The notes under the pieces are model-generated. The model did not search any database and had not been told where the DNA came from. It saw only the letters and a list, made by a program, of their open reading frames with translations. The position numbers and the translations under genes were made by a program. Shown one piece after another: positions 58,577-64,000 of a stretch of DNA of 64,000 nt (the first letter of the stretch is position 1; each line of letters opens with the position of its first letter). The stretch comes from Minisyncoccota bacterium. Lineage in GTDB: Bacteria > Patescibacteriota > Minisyncoccia > Phycocordibacterales > UBA918. The stretch is taken from contig JALHRC010000004.1 in NCBI GenBank assembly GCA_022841645.1, positions 4,078 through 68,077 on the forward strand, written 5' to 3'.

Positions 58577-58783
58577 CAAATCGGCCCACTGAAATGCGAA
58601 GGCATTTCGGTCGTTGTCGTTTGTAGCTCCCACCAGGAATCGAACCGAGGCGCGGCGAAGCCCGCAGGCGAAATGAAATGGAGCCGAGGAACGCGCCGAG
58701 TGGGGGTCGAGCGAGTGCGGTAGTTTATGAGCGGAGCGAAGTAAACTACCCACGAGAGTGACCGGTTCCTGGTGGGAGCACCA
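58577..58783 (+). repeat. tRNA-linked fold-back element 2
   Basis: 58626-58646 = reverse complement of tRNA 58555-58575; 58766-58781 = direct copy of 58562-58577, continuing into CCA. Confidence 0.85.
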
Positions 58784-58807
58784 GTTTATGATTATTTTAC
58801 GGCGTAA

Positions 58808-59404
58808 ATGACCCACCCCACTCTCTTTATCGACTTTGATGGCACCCTCTGTCATGGGCGGTTTTGGCAAAGTCTGCCGGAGGACGCATATAAAAAAGTA
58901 CAAACAGCCTTGTTTCTCGAGCGAAAGGAGGTAGTGAAGAATTGGATGCGTGGCTTGCATACAGCAGAGGCCGTTACAGAAGTGGTGGCGGAGGCAACTG
59001 GACTCTCCTATTCCCTTCTCTGGTCTATCCTCGTGCGTGACTCACAGTCGTTCACCATAGCGGAAGAATTACTAGAACTAGTTGATGAGCTTCGCCAGCA
59101 CCACCACACTGTTCTTATGACTGACAATATGGATACATTTACGCGCTTTACCGTGCCAGCACTGCATCTCGAGCAGCATTTTGATGTTATTGTGAATTCC
59201 TTTGACCAGAAGCGCTGCAAAAAAGACGAAAATGGCCAAATATTTCGTGATTTCTGCGTCGGACCACTTGAACAAGCGGTTCTAATTGACGATAGCGAAA
59301 ATGGCTGCCAACTATTTACTGAGCTAGGCGGCACTGCATACATGGTAACGAACGAAGAGCCCACGCTAGGTCACCTAAAAAACCTGTTACATAGCGTAGT
59401 ATAG
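58808..59404 (+). CDS. HAD-like hydrolase
   Basis: LFIDFDGTL, MTDN and LIDDS motifs. Confidence 0.85.
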   Translation: MTHPTLFIDFDGTLCHGRFWQSLPEDAYKKVQTALFLERKEVVKNWMRGLHTAEAVTEVVAEATGLSYSLLWSILVRDSQSFTIAEELLELVDELRQHHHTVLMTDNMDTFTRFTVPALHLEQHFDVIVNSFDQKRCKKDENGQIFRDFCVGPLEQAVLIDDSENGCQLFTELGGTAYMVTNEEPTLGHLKNLLHSVV

Positions 59405-59408
59405 ATAT

Positions 59409-59693
59409 ATGGAACTCTCCGAACGTTGCATTCAAACCCTAGAAAAAGAAGGTTGGCCACACATTTACGAGTGGTCTGACGCCCCTGGTACGACCTACCC
59501 CGAACACCAACATCAAGACAAAGTAGTGCTATTTATCACCGAAGGCTCGCTAGAGCTAACAATGGGTGGCCAAACCCACGAACTTCGCCCGGGAGATCGT
59601 TTAGATATTCCACCAGAGACTCCCCACCTAGCCACGGTGGGACCTGAAGGCTGCCAATATGTGGTCGGAGAGATGGTCGAAGGTGATTCGTAA
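59409..59693 (+). CDS. Cupin domain protein
   Basis: YPEHQH..EGSL..L.PGDR..IP..TPH. Confidence 0.9.
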   Translation: MELSERCIQTLEKEGWPHIYEWSDAPGTTYPEHQHQDKVVLFITEGSLELTMGGQTHELRPGDRLDIPPETPHLATVGPEGCQYVVGEMVEGDS

Positions 59694-59792
59694 TTGATTT
59701 ATTTTAGATGGTATTGTACGGTACTGACAGTTTCAGTTCTGGCTCTGGTCCGACATGGGCCTAGTTGCACTCCAAAAAGAAGGAACTGCAAG

Positions 59793-60347
59793 ATGAAACC
59801 GACCGAAATGCTACGCAATGGCATGTGGGGTGATAAGTTTGTCATTACCTACAGCGACCCGGAGCTGCCTTCCGACGATCTCGTTAGTCTGGCGGGAGGA
59901 TCGGTCTTTCTCGCCGGCCCGACGTCACGAGAGCAGGCGATTAATGATATGTGGCGGTGTGTGGCGGTACGCCAGCTCCGCGCCGCAAGCTTTAATGGTT
60001 ACATCGTCATACCGGAACCACGAGGCCTCACCGAAGACGTTTCGGCCATCATTGCCAATCGTCCTAGGTGGGAGGGTGATCGCCTCGTCTGGGTGCAGCG
60101 AGTGCTCTTCTGGATACCGCGCTCGAAAACCCTGCCTGGTAGCAACACCAACACTGAAATCGGGATGCACCTCGGTCCCCCGGGCCAGCCGTTGCCCGAG
60201 GGGATGAGTAAACGCCTTTTTGTTGGTTGGCCGCCGGGCACGCCCGATATGGGTATTTTGAGGCATCACTGCGAGAAGAAGCGGGTGGAGGTGTTCTCGG
60301 ACTTGCAGACACTGTGCGGTGTAGTGGCGGCCAGTTTCCGACGTTGA
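59793..60347 (+). CDS. Nucleoside 2-deoxyribosyltransferase-like domain protein
   Basis: SVFLAGPT, WR, IPEPR, WE, LFWIPR..LPG..TN.E.G. Confidence 0.75.
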   Translation: MKPTEMLRNGMWGDKFVITYSDPELPSDDLVSLAGGSVFLAGPTSREQAINDMWRCVAVRQLRAASFNGYIVIPEPRGLTEDVSAIIANRPRWEGDRLVWVQRVLFWIPRSKTLPGSNTNTEIGMHLGPPGQPLPEGMSKRLFVGWPPGTPDMGILRHHCEKKRVEVFSDLQTLCGVVAASFRR

Positions 60348-60437
60348 TCGAAGGACCCCGGCATGGCGACATGCCGGGGCTTATCGGGGATAAAATCGAA
60401 TAGATGTCAGTGTATATAATATATACTCCTTACAATT

Positions 60438-61118
60438 ATGACTTCACGCCAGCGGTATAAGGAAGCGCAGTACGAAGAGGCAAAAAGCCTTCGTTTGCGA
60501 GGTTTTTCCTACGCTGCTATTGCTAAGATCTGTGCTATCGCGCCCTCTACCGTACACGCCTGGTTCGCAAAGGATACTTTTTCTCAAGCGGTGACCGCCA
60601 GTAACCGGAAGCGCGCCGCCAAGGAAAATAAGGTACGTATTGGCGTTATCAACCAGGCAAGAAAGAAAGAACGGGCGGTGCAGTACGCGGCAGTAGTAAA
60701 GCTGGCAGAAACTGAATACAAGCACTACCGGACTTCCCCGTTATTTATGGCGGGGCTCATGGTGTACGTGAGCGAGGGTGACACTCAGCATCCACGACTG
60801 ATTCGTATGGCAAACAGTCGTCCAGAGCTCCACCGGGTGTTCATTCGCTTCTTGCATGAGTTTATGGGGGTGGAACGCAACCAGGTGCGGTTTTGGCTGC
60901 TCCTCTACCCCGACCTTGATGAAACCACCTGTATGAAGCACTGGATTAAAAAAATTGGCGTTTCTGCCGGACAATTTTATAAAAACCAGTATATCCAGGG
61001 TCGTAGCCAGAAACGTACGTTGCATTTTGGGGTTGGCAATACTATAATCGGCAGTACTCTTTTGAAAAAGAAGCTGGTTCGCTGGATTGAATTGGCCCTC
61101 AAAGAGCTACAAAAATGA
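60438..61118 (+). CDS. HTH plus LAGLIDADG-like hypothetical protein abutting tRNA-Gly
   Basis: LRLRGFSYAAIAKIC.IAPSTVHAW (HTH); FMAGLMVYVSEGD helix followed by RMANSRPELHRVFIRFL. Confidence 0.7.
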   Translation: MTSRQRYKEAQYEEAKSLRLRGFSYAAIAKICAIAPSTVHAWFAKDTFSQAVTASNRKRAAKENKVRIGVINQARKKERAVQYAAVVKLAETEYKHYRTSPLFMAGLMVYVSEGDTQHPRLIRMANSRPELHRVFIRFLHEFMGVERNQVRFWLLLYPDLDETTCMKHWIKKIGVSAGQFYKNQYIQGRSQKRTLHFGVGNTIIGSTLLKKKLVRWIELALKELQK

Positions 61119-61122
61119 CGTT

Positions 61123-61193
61123 GCGGCCATGGTTAAGTGGTATAACATATCGTTGCCAACGATAGGTCGGGAGTTCGATTCTCCCTGGCCGCA
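61123..61193 (+). tRNA. tRNA-Gly(GCC), no encoded CCA
   Basis: GCGGCCA/TGGCCGC acceptor, loop TTGCCAA and T-loop TTCGATT. Confidence 0.95.
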
Positions 61194-61638
61194 CAAACGC
61201 GTTTAAATCCCTGCCCTGCGGCAGGGATTTAGCGTTTGTGAACCGCAGCGATGTTTCTGGCTTAACAAAAAGCCAGAAACTGCGAGGTGGGGCCGAGAAC
61301 ACTTAGTAGATTTGGAGTAAAACGAACAAATATACTTAGTGATTCGTGGCCAAGTACAAAAATGAGCGCCTCCGGGCGCCATTTTTGTTCGTGCGGCCAG
61401 AGCACTGCCTTTGCAGGCAGTGCGTGGAGAATCGAACGGCGGAGCGTTGCTAAACGCGCCTTTCCTAGCGCGTTTAGCCGCGAGCCGCGGCCGGCGTTCT
61501 TATGAGCGAAGTGTGAGAAGTGACTAAATGTCACTTCGCAAGACTCATTGAGAACTTTTGTGAGTTTACGAACAAAAGATCCAATGAGTGGACAGTTTCT
61601 GTAAGAAATTAGAAAAAGCGGGCCGATTCTCCCTGGCC
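61194..61638 (+). repeat. tRNA-linked fold-back element 3 (long, modular)
   Basis: Antisense tRNA 3' end split as 61391-61400 + 61426-61437 by a 25-nt hairpin; direct copy 61624-61638 of 61176-61190; modules shared with 1-231. Confidence 0.85.
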
Positions 61639-61894
61639 ATATACAGAACAAGCACCCCTCCGGGCGCTTGTTCTGTGCCTAAGGGTAACTAGGGTAAGTT
61701 TGTCTGAGGAGGCCCTGAGCATGTTAAAATGGTAAAGACAGCTGTGGATAACTAAGTGAATAGGTGGATAAAGGACAACTGTCTTTTAAAACTATGGCTC
61801 AACATATAGAATCTTGCCCAGAGCTTTCGGTAAGTGCCGAGTCCAACGTGTTTGATTTTACTGTGCTTAGAAACTGCCACGTGGAACATTTCAC

Positions 61895-62308
61895 ATGAAA
61901 CAAGCCGATAAGCTGGGAAAGCGTAATCAAATTGGTGCCTGGGGAGAGGAGATTGCGGCCGGTGCCATTATTCGAAGAGGAATGACCATTTTGGAAACCA
62001 ACTACCTTAAAAAGTGGGGTGAAATCGATATTGTTGCACGTGAAAAGGATATTTTGCACTTTGTCGAGGTAAAAACAGTTTCATATGAAACAAAACCTCG
62101 ATTACAGTGGGCAATTTCACATGAAACCTGGCGTCCCGAGGATAATGTCCACCGGGCCAAGCTCCTCCGTCTCTCAAGGACAATCGCCACCTGGATTGCT
62201 GAGCATCGTTACACGGGAAACTGGCAGATTGATGTGGCGGTTGTGCGGCTAGTTGAAATTGAAAAATACGCAACGGTTAATTTTATTTGGAATGTGATTA
62301 TGGACTAA
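61895..62308 (+). CDS. YraN family (UPF0102) protein
   Basis: G..GEE.A, NY....GEIDIVA, LHFVEVKT and QIDV. Confidence 0.92.
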   Translation: MKQADKLGKRNQIGAWGEEIAAGAIIRRGMTILETNYLKKWGEIDIVAREKDILHFVEVKTVSYETKPRLQWAISHETWRPEDNVHRAKLLRLSRTIATWIAEHRYTGNWQIDVAVVRLVEIEKYATVNFIWNVIMD

Positions 62309-62334
62309 GGTTCCATGGGAAACACCCTTAGTAG

Positions 62335-62350
62335 TGTTTCACGTGAAACA
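62335..62350. promoter_or_regulatory. parS site (perfect consensus)
   Basis: TGTTTCACGTGAAACA matches the established chromosomal parS consensus; six degenerate copies within 61873-62324. Confidence 0.9.
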
Positions 62351-62435
62351 CTGATTAAGTGTTAGTAAATGGTCTTTTTTTTATCCTTATGGTACTATCA
62401 TCGAGCTAAAAGTAATACGAAGGCAAAATATATTT

Positions 62436-62506
62436 CGGGGCGTAGCATAATGGTAGTGTACGCGGTTTGGGACCGCGTGGCCCGGGTTCGATTCCCGGCG
62501 CCCCGA
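62436..62506 (+). tRNA. tRNA-Pro(TGG), no encoded CCA
   Basis: CGGGGCG/CGCCCCG acceptor, loop TTTGGGA and T-loop TTCGATT. Confidence 0.95.
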
Positions 62507-62541
62507 CAGGCAAGGTAAAGACATAGTAACCACGTTATTCC

Positions 62542-62964
62542 ATGGCAAAAGAAGAGCATTTTGTTGGAAAGGTGGCCCAAAAAGCCCTTATTAGGCGTGG
62601 TGATGAGGTGTTAATTGTGCGTGACATTGGTGATGTAGATACGTGGGAACTGCCAGGTGGTAGGCTCAACGTGGGTGAGGACCCCAGGAGTGGTTTGGCA
62701 AGGGAAATGCGTGAAGAGTTAGGAATCGAGATAGAGGTGGGAAATGTGATTTTTCTTGAGCAGTTTATCCAGCTGCGTTCAGGTGAGCCTCACTTGGCAC
62801 TAATCTACGAAGCTGCACTGCGGAGTCCTCACGCTGATCTTTTTTTGCAACCGGATGAGGTGGCAGAGATAGCCTGGGTAAATGCAGAAAATTGGCAAGA
62901 ATATCGTTACTTTGCTGAGTACAAGCGTGCTTTAGCAAGTTATTTTGCCAAAACGACAGCGTGA
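62542..62964 (+). CDS. NUDIX hydrolase
   Basis: WELPGGRLNVGEDPRSGLAREMREELG Nudix box. Confidence 0.93.
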   Translation: MAKEEHFVGKVAQKALIRRGDEVLIVRDIGDVDTWELPGGRLNVGEDPRSGLAREMREELGIEIEVGNVIFLEQFIQLRSGEPHLALIYEAALRSPHADLFLQPDEVAEIAWVNAENWQEYRYFAEYKRALASYFAKTTA

Positions 62965-63569
62965 AAAAACAAGTATTTTACATCCACGGTGGGGAAGCCT
63001 TCTCAAACTACGAGGCATTTTTAGCGTCTTTGCGCACCAAACCAGTGCGTGACCTGCCCGGGCAGGAGCGTACCTCAATCTGGACTGATACGCTGCGGGC
63101 TGACCTGGGTGACGACTTTGAGGTGTTTATGCCATCGATGCCGAATAAACAAAACTCAAAGTATCTTGAGTGGAAGCTTTGGTTTGAGCGCTATTTTCCC
63201 CATCTGCGCGACGGAGTACACCTCGTCGGCTGGTCGCAAGGAGGCTATTTTCTGGCCAAGTACCTCACCGAGGAAACCCCGCCGTGGCGGATTGGCACGC
63301 TTATTCTCATTGCTGCCCCCATTGGCCCGGATGAGTTTGGTGGGGAAGACGGCGGAGACTTTAATTTTGACGTCACAAAACTTTCGCTTTTGGCAGAAAA
63401 GGCTGAAAATATAGCTTTATTTCACTCTACGGATGACCCTGTCGTCCCTTTTTCTCATGCCGAGCGCTATAAAGAGGCATTGCCACTGGCTCACCTGGTC
63501 CGCTTCTCGGATAAAGGACACTTCATAGTGGAGACCTTGCCAGAATTAATTGAACAGTTGCGCGGGTAG
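62961..63569 (+). CDS. Alpha/beta hydrolase (RBBP9/YdeN-like)
   Basis: IHGG, GWSQGG, HSTDDPVVP and GHF. Confidence 0.9.
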   Translation: MKKQVFYIHGGEAFSNYEAFLASLRTKPVRDLPGQERTSIWTDTLRADLGDDFEVFMPSMPNKQNSKYLEWKLWFERYFPHLRDGVHLVGWSQGGYFLAKYLTEETPPWRIGTLILIAAPIGPDEFGGEDGGDFNFDVTKLSLLAEKAENIALFHSTDDPVVPFSHAERYKEALPLAHLVRFSDKGHFIVETLPELIEQLRG

Positions 63570-63675
63570 GGAGGTGGGGCGCCGGCTGCTCTTCCGGCGG
63601 CCTCCCGCCACCAGGGCGGGCATCCCCGCGTAAGAAGTCGGTATTTTGAGCGTCTACGTATATAATGGTGTCCAC

Positions 63676-64000
63676 ATGGCGGGTCCTAATAAGACAACAC
63701 GGCAGGTGGAGGACCAGGAAGTTCGCTTCACTGCCGCCTTCGACGAGTATAGTGACGCTTTGTTTCGTCACGCTTCTTTACGTATCGGCAGCCGCGAGCA
63801 AGCCATTGATCTTGTTCATGACGCGTTCGCCAAAGTCTGGACCTATGTCCGCTCGGGACACGAGGTCGACAATTTTCGCCCCTTTTTATATAAAGTGCTC
63901 AATAACTTGATCATCGACGAGTATCGTAAGTCGCGCGAGGTATCACTCGACGCGCTCTTGGAGAAAGACGGCGTTGATGAAGGAGATTTTGAGGGACTGT
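63676..64000 (+). CDS. ECF RNA polymerase sigma factor (truncated by the window end)
   Basis: Manual translation: F..AFDEYSDALFRHA..R...REQAIDLVHDAFAKVW...FRPFLYKVLNNLIIDEYRK. Confidence 0.9.
   Translation, partial: MAGPNKTTRQVEDQEVRFTAAFDEYSDALFRHASLRIGSREQAIDLVHDAFAKVWTYVRSGHEVDNFRPFLYKVLNNLIIDEYRKSREVSLDALLEKDGVDEGDFEGL

Noticed and set aside
58104-58960. ORFs of 92-253 aa across the tRNA-Arg region
   Set aside because: They overlap two clear tRNAs and palindromic elements and have no protein motifs.
58247-61638. Reading the tRNA-linked repeats as a CRISPR array or a simple prophage attL/attR
   Set aside because: No regularly spaced identical repeats, no cas or integrase genes, only 200-450 nt between copies, and the inverted copy is unexplained by att duplication.

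Overview
Origin-proximal chromosomal segment of a Patescibacteria/CPR bacterium. The Parcubacteria assignment is inferred from gene content and shortened proteins. Core content: polA-holA, tsaE, a PilB/GspE ATPase, ruvB-yebC-ruvC, tyrS, a class A PBP, the dnaN-dnaA/oriC/rpmH-rnpA-yidC block, the Patescibacteria T4SS-like cluster (pilin, VirB4, PrgI, VirB6-like), rsmA, pcrA, an M23 peptidase, comM, pnp-NYN-rpsO, a CCA-adding enzyme and four tRNAs. An accessory stretch at about 42-55 kb carries a PEP-utilizer-domain protein, twin histidine-phosphatase-like genes, TrmB regulators, IS30, dinJ-yafQ and twin M14 peptidases. The most unusual signals are non-coding. (1) Three different tRNA genes are each followed by a structured element containing an antisense copy of that tRNA's own 3' end. 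Two of them also end in a direct copy of the 3' end (one ending in CCA), and covarying modules are shared with the window start. One sits directly after an HTH/LAGLIDADG-like gene. (2) Two long structured intergenic regions (about 7 kb and 56 kb) share a 6S-like core motif. (3) A cluster of parS sites is written into the yraN coding sequence. (4) Many genes have a leaderless-type promoter. All calls are by eye; no searches were run.
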